A stretch of DNA of 63,910 nucleotides, counting the filler, from Cercozoa sp. M6MM (taxonomy: Eukaryota; Protista; Endomyxa: Ascetosporea), in NCBI GenBank assembly GCA_040357565.1. It is 6 parts of 6 records of this genome, joined end to end, with 100 filler letters (N's around TTAATTAATTAA, not from the genome) between each part and the next. Parts side by side here need not be neighbours in the genome. Positions count along the whole stretch, not along the records: positions 50,654 to 54,051 come from JBDODJ010001477.1; positions 54,152 to 60,221 come from JBDODJ010000795.1; positions 60,322 to 63,910 come from JBDODJ010001390.1; 3 more parts are not named here. The stretch is one strand, 5' to 3'. Position 1 is the first letter of the stretch. Each line of letters begins with the position of its first letter. The notes under the pieces were generated by a model. The model searched no databases and had not been told where the DNA came from. It was given only the letters and a program-made list of their open reading frames with translations. Below, one piece after another: positions 51,749 through 63,910 of this stretch. The position numbers and the translations under genes are program-made.

Positions 51749-53302
51749 CAGACACACACAGACACACACAGACGAGGGCGCACCTTGGAGATGAGGCCGC
51801 CCGAGGGGTTCACGACGACGCGGCCGCCGTACGTGTTGTCGCCGCTGTCGATGAAGGCGGCGGCGCCGCCCTCCGGACACAGACTGTGCAGGGATACGGA
51901 AAGGGTGGGTGGGATACCAGTCGGGCATACTGTAGACCCAGGCAAGAAGGGTGAATCGGCCTACCCGATGGCTTCGTAGGTGACAAGCTCATTGGCCGAG
52001 AAGCAGTCGTGCAGCTCGACCACCTTGACCTGACCGATCGAGACGCCGGCCTGCGCCAGCGCCTCCGTGGCCGCCTTGCGCGACATGTCGTAGCCAACGA
52101 GACGCATGTCACTGCCCTGCAGCGACGACTCCATGTCCGTGGCCTGTCCATCACGCTCACATATATCTATATGTGAATATAAATACATATATATATATAC
52201 ATATATTAGATACACAAGTGGACAGAAAGGTCTACCATGGCCTGACCGGCAATCTCGACGGCCGTGGCCTGCAGGCCGTTGCGCACGACAAAGTCCTCCG
52301 AGCACACGATAGCCGCACCGGCGCCGTCCGACGTCGGGCAGCACTGAAGCTTCGTCAGCGGACCGAACACCTTGCGCGCATTCATGACCTGTGCGCACAT
52401 GCACACACACACGAATATCTATGTACCTACCTCACAAACAGTGCACAGGTGTCTTTACCTGCTCGAGTGTGTAGACGTCGCGGAACTGCGAGTACGGGTT
52501 GAGACGCGAGTGGCGGTGGTTCTTCTCGCCGATCTTGGCAAAGTGCACAGGCTTGGTGCCGTACTTCTCCATGTGCTCGACACCCTACCACACGCAGGAT
52601 ATGGGGATAACAAAAACACTCACATCACCAACAGGCAGAGCTACAGCGTTGCCGAACAGCTGCGGCAGCGGCGGCGACTTGGCCGCAAAGCCGCGCTTCT
52701 TCATCATGGCCGACCTGCATCATCCAGTCATACACACATGCAGGAAAGGCGTTTGTTGGTCTGTGTATAAGAGAAGGCACATGTGCTTATCGAGCGGGTT
52801 CGTGCGGTCCTGGAACTTGGAGCCAAGCGAGCCGCGCTCCATCTTCTCAAAGCCGAACGCGAGCGCGCAGTCGACGATGCCACCCTACCAGCATATGTAT
52901 ACATATATACATATATATATATATATATCGCCACACACATTCTGGCCCAGTACCTCAATGAGCTGCTTGGCCAGCATGAGCGCCGTGGAGCCGGTGCTGC
53001 AGTTGTTGTTGACGTTGACGAGCGGGATACCCGACATGCCGACTGTGTAGAGCGCGCGCTGGCCGCACGTCGAGTCGCCGTAGCAGTAGCCGGCCGTGGC
53101 GTACTGCACCTGGTCGTACGACACGCCCGAGTCGGCCAGAGCGTTCTCGATCGCCTCCTTGGCCATCTCCGGGTAGTCATCGCCAGTGCCCGGCTTGACG
53201 AAACGCGTCATGCCTATGGTATCCCCCCCAGATAGACCAAAGTACACAGGGACAAAGCATAATGATACCGACACCGACAACGTAGACCTTGCGACCCGGC
53301 AT
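50710..53302 (-). CDS. SCP2: Sterol carrier protein X (thiolase + SCP2 domain), 3' truncated
   Basis: [88 protein letters not shown], then the SCP2 domain (FIVDLK...DDDFVQL..GKLNP). Confidence 0.96.
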
Positions 53303-54000
53303 TGGTTTTTGAATTCTCGCTTGCTCTGCAGATAGAGTTATGTCAAAGTCTGATGGAGCTCCCAAGAAAGTACAAGCACATGAAACACAAAATCAAAAAA
53401 GACGCGTCATGCGACGATGCAAAGCATGCCATCGCGACTCACGTCGACGTGCAAAAAACAGACTAAACCCAGCTTCTACGGCTAATGTACCACTAACACA
53501 ACAAGCTGCACTTCAAGAATAAGCCTTAGGGGTGTTCTGCATTTCTCCGTGAGGGTGGCTACAATTTGAGCCTACAGCACGATTCGTCTTGGCAAAATAA
53601 TTTCACTAAACACAAAGTAGAGCAACGCGAGTGCGAATCGGTAGTTTTGGCTGCTTCTATCGGGTTTAAACGGTTTCTACCCGGTTCTAGCCGGTTACGA
53701 CCGGGCTGGATCTGGTTTTTCGGTCGCGAACGGAGTAGTGCTTTTGTAAATTTACTGTAGCCGATGTGATTTGCGCACGTCGGCTCCATCCGGCTAATCC
53801 CAGGCATGCCTAGTACAGTACTCTAGGCAACCAGCGAGCGTATTCGCAAGCCACACAGGCAGGGTGCGAGCGGCTCAGGCGCGCTGACCTGCTTCCTTGC
53901 GCCGGATTCAGATGCACTAGATGCAAATGCAACATATGCAGCAGATGCAGCGACAGCAACTGCAGCAGATGCAAAACCGGCAAAGTGAGCGGATATCCGA

Positions 54001-54051
<51 letters not shown>

Positions 54052-54169
54052 NNNNNNNNNNNNNNNNNNNNNNNNNNNNNNNNNNNNNNNNNNNNTTAAT
54101 TAATTAANNNNNNNNNNNNNNNNNNNNNNNNNNNNNNNNNNNNNNNNNNNNGGGGGATAAGGGGGGGGG

Positions 54170-54515
54170 GTAAAGCACCCGCAGCGCGTGCAGCAGCCAC
54201 CGCAGCAGCACGTGTCGCCGGTGCCACGTGACAGCATTGACACGTGTCCACCTCTGCACCGTCTCAGTGACACCATCAGTGGCATCATCACTGACGGTAT
54301 CACTGACGGTATCAGTGACACCGTCACTGACGGTTCCGTCGCGACACAACTGGCGCCACATCAGCGCACTCGACAGTTCCGCCGTCTGCGCGTACTCCTC
54401 CTCCGCCGACTCGCTNNNNNNNNNNNNNNNNNNNNNNNNNNNNNNNNNNNNNNNNNNNNNNNNNNNNNNNNNNNNNNNNNNNNNNNNNNNNNNNNNNNNN
54501 NNNNNNNNNNNNNNN

Positions 54516-54559
<44 letters not shown>

Positions 54560-55342
54560 AAAACGCCAAATTACGCCGGTCGGCGCGCAGACGCGAAATG
54601 CGCCGCCACAAGCGATTTTGCGCTTTTTTTGCGTTTCGCAGTTCCGCCAAATCGTGGCTACAAAACAAGGTGGACAGAGACAGGTACAAATGGACCGTCC
54701 CTAATAGCCACACACACACGCGCAGACTTAAGGAAACTACACGTACATCAGCAAGACGGACGTCCACGCGAAACGCGAATTCTTCGGCAGTTTCGACGTC
54801 GCCACGTTCTGCACAAAACCGGGGGGCGGGCGCCACGGGGGTAAGGAGTGGGCTAGAGGGTAAAGGGGTCAAGCACAAGCAATCGAGACAGCGTGCGCTC
54901 TTGTTTTCTGTTTAAAAAAATACAAGTATTGTATTTTCCGAATTGGAAAAATACAAAAAATACAAAAAATCCGTCGGCAACAAACTTTCAGCGTTCTGTC
55001 GCCAACTAAGAGAGCAAGGAGGTAGGGGTAAGGGGTAAAGAAGGGGAGGGGGGTAAAATAGGGTACACTGACATCTGCTCCAGTGCGTCGCCGAGTGTCT
55101 GAAGTGCCACCTGCCAAAACAATCAAGGGGGAGGTAAGAGGAGGGCAGGGTGGGGGGGGGGGGTAAACTACGATGCGCATGCGTTTCACGGCAGTGCGGC
55201 GTTTCTTGTCAAGGGCACCGTCCGCAACGGTTACGTCGAAACTGCCGCTCAGGACCTGCTCCAATGGTAGGGGTAAGGGGTAAGGGGGGTAAGGGAGGGG
55301 GCAAACCTGCTGCGTGACACGCAGCACAATCGACAGCATCAT
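54170..55342 (-). CDS. Hypothetical multi-exon protein (fragmentary)
   Basis: Short GT-AG exons separated by C-rich introns; no family recognised. Confidence 0.35.
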
Positions 55343-55589
55343 CGGCGCAATCGGTGTCTACACTCAGTTTTTGATCACTTTTGATCACTTTTGATCACTT
55401 TGATCGATCACTGATCGATCAGAAAAAAAGTACCAGAAGTGACTGCGCACGCGCGAACAAAACTCGCACAAATTCGCGCAATTTTTTCGGCTCACCGCGG
55501 TCCTCCTTTTCCTGCGCGTTTGATTTCGCATTCGTTGTTCATAATTTCGCGTCCGCGCGGAAGCCAAGGAAAAACAAAAAGTGTTTGCA

Positions 55590-56138
55590 CGTACCAGCGA
55601 GGTAGGAAGGCACACGGCCGAGACAAAGTGCGTGACAGCTTTGGTCTGCAGTTGTTGTACGCGCGGAAGGAGCGACAGCACGGCGGCGATCGGCGGGCGT
55701 CCGCGCGGACGGTCGAGCAGGTGTGTCAGCGCGGCCTGCAGCACGTGCAGCACGGTGTCGACGGTGTCAGTGACGGCGTCGTGGGTCACCTCCTTGAGCA
55801 GGTAGCTGCGCCAGGCATCGGCTGCGCGGTCGTCTGCACACACGGTTCAAATTGATCCCAGTGGTCCCAGTTGATCCCAGTGGTCCCAACTGATCCCAGT
55901 GGTCCCAATTGATCTCAGAGTCAGTGCAAGAGGTACCGTCTAAGTCGGGCAGTTCGAGATCGGCACGTGCGACGGCGGCGGCCACGTGCGTGTCGGCGAA
56001 GACGGCCGTGAGCAAGGCTCGCGCCGGCAGGTGCAGCGACTGCGACAACGACGCTCGGCGCAGTGTCTCCATGCACTACCCACCCACACAATACAGGTAC
56101 TCTGTACAGGTACTGTACAGGTACTGTACAGGTAGGAC

Positions 56139-56171
<33 letters not shown>

Positions 56172-56500
56172 ACACACACACACAGTACCACTTCAGTCAG
56201 CGGCGCCAACGCTGTCTCTGCGTCCAGTACTACAGGGGCATAGGCAAACTCAAACGACTCTGGGAAAACAAAACTACCGCTCGTGCAGGAAGCGAGCGAC
56301 GACAGCGACGCAGCCAACGCTGCGTTGGTTTCCGCCTGTTCCGCTCGGCCTCTGCTCGAAGCAAAACTCAACTCAAAGCAACTCAACTCAAAGCAAAGCA
56401 ACTCAACTCAAAGCAAGCCTACTGATCAGCATTCGCGAGGACGCAGGAACGCATCTGCGCCAGAACGAACACGGCCACGGACGCGACATTGCCACGCATT
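55590..56500 (-). CDS. Hypothetical helical protein
   Basis: Exons METLRRASLSQSLHLPARALL... and DDRAADAWRSYLLKEVTHD..., with repeat-filled introns. Confidence 0.4.
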
Positions 56501-57109
56501 GACGGACGCACTTCTTGCTGCAAAACACACATCGGCGCGGGTGTCGAAAAATACGAGAACATTCAGGGAGAAATAAAATCTACCTCGGGAGCTGCGCAGA
56601 AGGACGAAAGAGCGACGGCGAAATTTGCTGCTGCGGCAACACTTTCCGCTTGCTTTTGCGCGTCCAACTGAACCGAAAAATTGGACGGTATAAACGGACG
56701 GTACAAACGGACCAAGTGGGGACAGGACAGATGTACCTTTGTAGCCAGTTTTAAGGACTCAGTGCACACGGTGACAAAGTCGGCACATGCCTTCTCGCCG
56801 AGACTGTGCGCCACGCGCCGCCGCAGCACAGCAGTTGCGCACGTCGCCAGCTTCCGCGCATCGCCGTCGAACCACGCCTAAGCAAGGCAACTCACATCCG
56901 CGCGGAAGACAGGAGAATAACGGAATATGAAAATCCATCCGCGCGGAAGCAAAAACTAAGTCGCACGGAAGTGGCGAATATGAAAAATCGCATCCGCGCG
57001 GAAGAAAAAAAAAACGAAAAAAAAAACTGTCTGTACGGTGTACCTGCGAAAGGAAGGACTCTTGATTGTCGAATTTTTGGCGTAGTGACGCACACAGCTC
57101 GGAGAAACG

Positions 57110-57905
57110 CTACGCACAAAACAAGTGAACAACTTTGTTCAGTTTGCAAGAATGAAAGCAGAAGCTGCGTACCGATCGAACAAGGTCGTCCGAGTCGTGT
57201 GCACCGACAAGAACGGCGTCAACGTCGACTGTGTCGTTCAAGTTGCGATCGTTTTCGTTTTCGTCAATCATGTGGTCACCGAGATCAACGACATCGGCTT
57301 TCGCGGGCACGTAATCCTCTTGCAGCAGCACACGGCGCTTCTTCCTTTAAAACAGGAAGAGGATCAAACATGCAAGTTTGAACACAGCTGTTGCATACTT
57401 TTTCGGTTCAACGCTAGCTTGTTTCGCTTCTTCTTCGATGTGTTCTTGTACTTTGCGCTCTCGTTTCTGCGAGAGTTCATGTTGTCCCATGACTTCAATT
57501 TACAGGAGGTTTCACAGAAAAAAAAGCAATCTACCAATGAAGCAGCGCGAAGACGAGCGGAGCGTTCGAGTTGCGTTTGTCCGACCCAATGAACGGCAGC
57601 ACTCACACCGTCATCAGCAGCAACGCTGCTTTCGATGGTTTCGTAGCTTTCAGAATTCACTGTGAATGACGGTTGGACCAGACGACATTCGACCAGTGCC
57701 TGTGAAAAGCAAACCTCAGACTGTAAACTCCAGAGAACTCCAGAGGACCAAAAAGCCCAGCATTACCTCTGCAAAATTTTGCAATGCACCCGGCGACAGT
57801 GATGACTCATCTGCGCGGACAGACACCGGAGGGAGACTCACCCGGTCGGAGAACTGCACGCTCTCCGCGCGGAGTGGCAGCGGTGCCTCACGTGCCACCA
57901 CGATC
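57110..57905 (-). CDS. Hypothetical protein
   Basis: Open acidic exons such as LLQEDYVPAKADVVDLGDHMIDENENDR; the model is uncertain. Confidence 0.3.
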
Positions 57906-58286
57906 GCCTGAAAGTATGTCAAATACAAAAGGCATAAAGGTGAAGTGAATTACCGCCTCCAAGACACAAATGTGAAGTGAGATACCGCCTTCCGCGCGGA
58001 AAGACGCTGTGATCGCCGTGGACCTGAACAACGATATTTTTTGGTAAATTTGGCGCGACCGAATCGCACGATGCCAACAACATACCAGTCATCAAATGCT
58101 AAGGTCCTGTCTCTGCACAAACTAAGGAGCACAATAACGCTCCAAATCTGCTCTCGTTAATCGGCCGTCCATTCGTACCAATATTGGACAAAGCAAGCGA
58201 TCTCGTCCTGGACCGCGAGCTCAAAAAGCAGCAACATCGAGCATCGTCGCATCCAAACGTGTTTGGTGAAACATACTAGCGCCAAA

Positions 58287-60171
58287 ATGGACGAGGAGTA
58301 CGGTATTTTGGAATTTTGCTTGTGGCTGTTTGTTTTTTTATTTTGCTATCTGCGATGTATAAACAGATGTCATCATCATGGGCACTGGCCTGAAGGAGTG
58401 TATTCTTTCGGGTCTGCTGTGCGTGGCTGGCAAGAAGGTTTTGCAGGTGAGAGATCTTTCCTGTTGAGGGGATTGCCATGAGTCGAAAATGAGTTGCTCT
58501 TACGCAGGTTGACCGCAACGACTACTACGGCAGCGAGTCTGCGTCGCTCGACCTGGTAGCTTTGTTGAAACTGTACTTACAAGCATAAGCAGCATACTTT
58601 GCTTGGTGCAGGAGAAGCTCTTCGCTCAGCACTCGGATGAAAAGCCGGACTTTGAGGTTCTTGGGTACGCTTCTGCTGTACTGAATCCTAAAGCTGTGCT
58701 GTGTACCCAAGTTTCCAATGCAGTCGCAACAAGGATTACAACGTCGACCTGACGCCCAAGTTTCTTATGGCGTGCGGTGACCTCATCAAGGTGCTGCTGC
58801 ACACCAAGGTGACGCACTACCTGCAGTTCAAGTCGGTTGCTGGTAAAGCTCTACTTGACTTGACTTGACTCGACTTGACTCAACTCATCTCAACGCAGGT
58901 TCCTTCGTGTACAAGGACGGCCGCGTGCACAAGGTTCCGGCCACGCCGTCCGAGGCACTCAACAGCAAGCTGATGGGCATCTTCCAGAAGCGTCGCTTCA
59001 AGAACTTCCTCCAGTTCGCCGAGAAGGTCGACAAGAACGACCGCAACACCTGGTGCCGATCGAAGCGTTTCTCTCCCTTCATGTTTGTTTTCAAAATGAC
59101 TTGACTTGGCCGCAGGGCTGGTCACGACCTGACGCAGGTGACGATGCGCCAGCTGTTCGCTCACTACAAGTGCGACGACAACACTGTAGCACCCCCGTCT
59201 CAACTTGACTTGACTTGACTTGACTCGAGTCAACTCAACTGAGCTCGCCTTTGTTGGGCAGGTTGCTTTCACGGGCCACGCCATCGCACTGCACCTGGAT
59301 GACAGCTACCTGGACGACCCGGCGCAGACGCTGCCGACGATCGCGGCGCTGCAGATGTACGCCTACTCGGTGGCTCGTTATGGCAAGTCGCCCTACATCT
59401 ACCCGGTCTGGGGCCTCGCCATGCTGCCTGAGTCCTTCAGTCGTCTGGCCGCCATCCACGGCGGCACCTTCATGCTCCGCACACCCGTGGATGAGGTGCT
59501 CTACGAGAACGGCAAGGCCGTCGGCATCAAGTCCGAGGGCAAGACCGCCCGTGCCACGCAGGTCTCACCCTTACCCCCTCCACTCTTTTTACCCCCCCCC
59601 CCACTCTTTACCCCTCCCCCCCCCTAAGAACGCCCCCCCCCCCGCAGGTGCTCGGTGACCCCACGTACTTTAAGGGCACCGACAAGATCAAGGCGTCGGG
59701 CCAGGTGGCTCGCTGGCTCTTCCTGCTGGACCGGTGCGTTTCTCCCTTGTGTCCGCGCGGACGAGTTTGATCAATCCATTGTGGCAGACCGATCGAGGGC
59801 ACTGACGGTGTCGACTCGTGCCAGGTGATCATTCCGGCGCGTCAGACCGGCCGCAACAGCGACATTTACGTCTCTGTTGTCTCTGGCAGCCACGAGGTTT
59901 CTCTTGCTGTTTAGTGTGTGTGTGATGTGAGGTCTCTCCATTTAATCAGGTGTGTCCGCGCGGCCGCTTCCTGGCCATGATCTCGGCCAAGGTCGAGACG
60001 GCCAACCCCAAGCAGGAGCTCTCCGTGGCCGCGCGTCTGCTGCCGCCGGCCATCAAGGACTTCTTCTGGGTGTGCGAGCAGCTCGAGCCCACCAACGTCG
60101 ACGTCGAAGACAACGTCTTCATCACCAAGAGCTACGACGCCTCGTCGCACTTCCAGAGCGCCACTGAGGAG
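58287..60171 (+). CDS. GDI: Rab GDP dissociation inhibitor (3' truncated)
   Basis: [86 protein letters not shown] and SYDASSHF. Confidence 0.97.
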
Positions 60172-60330
60172 GTGTGTCCTTCCCTCTCTGCGTTTGCATA
60201 TGTGTGTGTGTGTGTGTGTGTNNNNNNNNNNNNNNNNNNNNNNNNNNNNNNNNNNNNNNNNNNNNTTAATTAATTAANNNNNNNNNNNNNNNNNNNNNNN
60301 NNNNNNNNNNNNNNNNNNNNNTACCCCCCT

Positions 60331-60401
<71 letters not shown>

Positions 60402-61027
60402 AACAATTTCTTTTGGCTCAGGCGAAATTCGCGTTCGGTCGCGCGGATCCCGAGATTGTGGCCTGGAACAACGAGGCCGATTCACCCAGTTTGGACCCTG
60501 CCGTGCTGAATCAGATCCCGCTGCGTCGCTATGGGGGACGATACGTTCAGGACGCAATTCGAGGTGAATTCAAAGCCTTTTTTGTCTTCTTCTAGCATAA
60601 AATGCAAAAAATGAACAGCCTCTCAAGCGAAACTGAACACGGCCGAGTGGCTGCTTGATCCGAGCTGTATGATCGTTGTCTGCGGCTCTGCGGCTGCCGA
60701 GCAGTCTGTGGTACCAATCTTTTACTATATTACCGTCTTTGTATGATGTCAGGTATGCGCTTTTTTGGTTAGAGAAACGCCTTGTTACAAGTCGTTGGTT
60801 CGGAAGTGCTGAGTCGCATGCGACAAGAGTGCCGCTACCTTTTTGAAGCCTGGAACTGAGTTTCATCACGAGAAGGACAATTGTACAGCTCTCGTGCTGT
60901 ACATCGTTGAATTTAGTCGTTACGGTCGTCCCCAAACTATTTTACATTACAGTTACACGTCAGCAAAAAAGTGAACGAAAAACAAAACTACCAGTTTCCG
61001 CAGTCGTAATTTGCTATTCATTGTTTC

Positions 61028-61725
61028 ATGTCGGTTTTGTCTAAGATGGAACGTGAGGATTTCTCGCAGCAACGACACTCGGCGTGCAACTTACTCTGCT
61101 CACTCCCACCGTATGATTTTGCAGTTTACGGTTACAACATGAATGTGTCTTTACGTCTGTTTGTGGATTGTAGAACGTGCTAGGACCGCTAGACTCGATG
61201 ATGCCAGTGCAGTACCAGTTCAACGAACTGCTTATGACGCACTTCCAAAACTCGCAAGGTCAGGTCGTGTTTGCGGCGGCAGTGAACCCTCGCGAATACC
61301 AAGGCTCGGTGCGTTCACCCATGCCAACTGCATCACCTGTCAGTTTTATCACTTGTGCTGTTTCCTCAGTGGGCCTTTGGTGTGTCAGAACCGGCGCCAA
61401 CCGTCTATGGTACCTGTCAAAAATCCACACCAATCGGGATGAAACTAAAAGAATGTCTGTGTGCATGTGTGACGCAGGATCGACACAAGGCGATCTGACC
61501 GCGTTCCGCACGGAAACCGACTCGCTGCCATGCTGCACGATCGACGTGCAAACGAACTTGATCTACACGTGTGTCCTAGGAGTCAAAAACGACTCGCAAG
61601 TCAGTAAGTACTCCAGTCCAAGCACCCTTTCATTTTATACTACGCATGCACTGAAACAGCGATCGCCAATGTGACGTCGAACGATGTTGCTCTGTCGACG
61701 ATTTACGGTGGCTTGGTACCCCACC

Positions 61726-61791
<66 letters not shown>

Positions 61792-63646
61792 CACTGCTTA
61801 CGCTTGTGTTTGGCCGGCAGGAGGCACGCAACTTCTCCGTGCTTCCGGATGCTCGCGGTTGGGCCTTCCACTTCAACCAGGCGTTCGTTCCGGACCCGTT
61901 GTTCACTGTAAGTGTCTCTGTATGTTCAAAAGGAAGGGAAACATGAAGTGTGTGTTGTGTTGCAACAGGACTGCAGCTCGATGATTCAAGTCCTCGAGTA
62001 CCGAAATGTAAGATAGATTACCTGTCGGGGATGCTATAGCAGTATACTAATTTGTGTGTGTGAATCTCTGTGTGTATGTATGTGTATGCGTGTGTGTGTA
62101 TAAGTGTGTGTGTGTGTATGTGTGTGTGTGTGTGTGTGTGCAGTTTTTTTTCGATCTGTCGGAATGTCGGTGTTCCTACGGCTACAACTTGGACGGACAA
62201 GTCTGGTCACATGGCACCAATGGCAGTAAGTTTTAACTCACTTTCTGCTCATGGTTTCTTTGGTCAGTTTCTGTGTTGGAATAATCGCCCTTTTGGTCTC
62301 CTTGGGCAGCATGGTTGAACGTAACGGGTCAGTCACTTGACGCCAACGTCCTCGTTGTAGAGATTCCGCGATCCGCTCTGCCGAATGCCTTCTACCTGAC
62401 GCACCCTCGGGGTACTTTAGTTCTCCTGCAGACGTGTGTCTTGTGTTATGTTTTATTGGCAACAGTGGTGTTTCAACCCGGCCATCAAAGCACGTACTTT
62501 AGCAAACTTCACTTTGAAGAAGTCGACACTGACGGTAGAGGATGATGCATTTATACATCTATATGTACATATCTCTGTATATCATTTATATATAGTTAGA
62601 TGGGTTTATGATTTTAAATGTCTGGCGTAGCCTTGCGAGTCTTCAAGCAGGCCACGTACGACTTTGACATTAACGTCAGCATTCTGCGACCCAACTGTAT
62701 CGACGAGTTCATCGCCACTGTCTACGACTTTAAACAGTACAGTCTACACCTCCATGGAAACAACAGGCACACAGGGCCGTGTTATACTTGTGGTGTTGTG
62801 CAGCACGTACGGAGAGCCGCTGGAGGAAAGAAACTTCACCGTAGAGTGCGCCAACATCGGGAACGACAGCAACACGGCGGCCTTTACGCAGTGGCTACAA
62901 GAGGGCATTAACAGCAACCAGACCGAACTGCGCCGCTCACTGGACACGCTGCCGCCGTCGATCAGTTGGAGAAGAGGCAGTTGCAAGTTGCGTTTCTCGG
63001 CAGTCAACTGGATCCAGAGAGATGTAAGGAAGCTTCGATGCATGCGCATGTATCGATGCGCATGTGGACGTGTGCATGTGTGCAGTGGCGAGAGTACGAA
63101 CAGGTGGCAGGCAACGCACGGATTGATCTGCCGAGCCTGATCTACTTGGAGTACGAGTCGACACTGCATGGCCTTGAATTACACATTCCGTCGCAGCACC
63201 GACGTCGGCACGACCTTGTGTTGGGTGCCACTGCCCTGGAACGACACTGCGGCGAGCCGGAACTGTTGCCGGCCCCTGCCGACAAGTACTCCGTCATGTA
63301 CACGCTGCCAAACCACCTTGGGGTAGCCTTCGCTCGCATATATACTGACTCCACTTTACTGCAGTCTTGTGATGTCTGTACAGTCGTCATTTTTCTGGGA
63401 GGGAGCACAAGCCGTGATTCCTCGGGGCCTCCTGCCCAAGTTGGAGGGACCTTTGTCGGTGCGTGTCGAGGCACGGGGTCCAGGGGCCATCTACTCGACC
63501 TCCGTCAGCGTCGAGATCCTTCTAGACCCGGTTTGTTCGCACCTCTGTCTGCTGGCAGGCAGGTACACTTGCGGTCTGTTTGCTCAGATCGTTGCGGTCG
63601 TTGCCGGCGGCGAATTGCGTGTCCTTCCGGTACGTACTAGATCACC

Positions 63647-63685
<39 letters not shown>

Positions 63686-63790
63686 CTCTATGCATTTTAT
63701 GTAAATGTACCTCAGGTTTATCTATACAATGTATAGAACCCGCACGTCGAGTTGGAAGCCGACTTTGCCGAGTACTCGTACGATCCCAAT
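61028..63790 (+). CDS. Hypothetical multi-exon protein, 3' end runs off the window
   Basis: A run of GT-AG exons (e.g. THFQNSQGQVVFAAAVNPREYQGS, TYDFDINVSILRPNCIDEF); no family recognised. Confidence 0.45.
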
Positions 63791-63837
63791 GGTGCCACCA
63801 ACAATGCGTTTCCACAGAGACGCTGTGTATGTGTTTG

Positions 63838-63910
<73 letters not shown>

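Noticed and set aside
55851-55914. Short tandem repeats (TTGATCCCAGTGGTCCCA) as a possible CRISPR-like array
   Set aside because: No spacers, intronic location and eukaryotic context; a simple minisatellite.

Overview
Intron-dense eukaryotic (protist-like) genomic DNA. It is built from six contigs joined by artificial N44-TTAATTAATTAA-N44 linkers, so adjacency across those linkers means nothing. Introns are mostly about 50-70 nt GT-AG, often start GTAC, and are often filled with microsatellites. The ORF track therefore captures only exon fragments; all gene models here were spliced by eye and their ends are approximate. Recognisable genes: MCM5, argininosuccinate synthase, a PrsW-family intramembrane protease, a dual-specificity phosphatase, enkurin, a telobox Myb protein, a PDI-like protein, DDX52/ROK1, a STE20/GCK kinase, RPL30, an RA-PH-RGS protein, a PSI/sushi-like membrane protein, an AADAT/Aro8-like aminotransferase, ALG1, queuosine salvage QNG1, TOR (5' part), SCPx and Rab-GDI. 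The most notable observations are: (1) two convergent copies of a box C/D snoRNA (SNORD52/snR78-type guide) with Pol III-like promoter features, flanking the phosphatase gene; (2) an essential kinase exon missing from its gene and present 8 kb away, inverted, inside an aminotransferase intron between (TG)n tracts, most likely a misassembly; (3) at least 11 perfect copies of the palindrome TCCGCGCGGA; (4) a GTAC-biased 5' splice site; (5) an intron-rich PrsW protease with all four family motifs.
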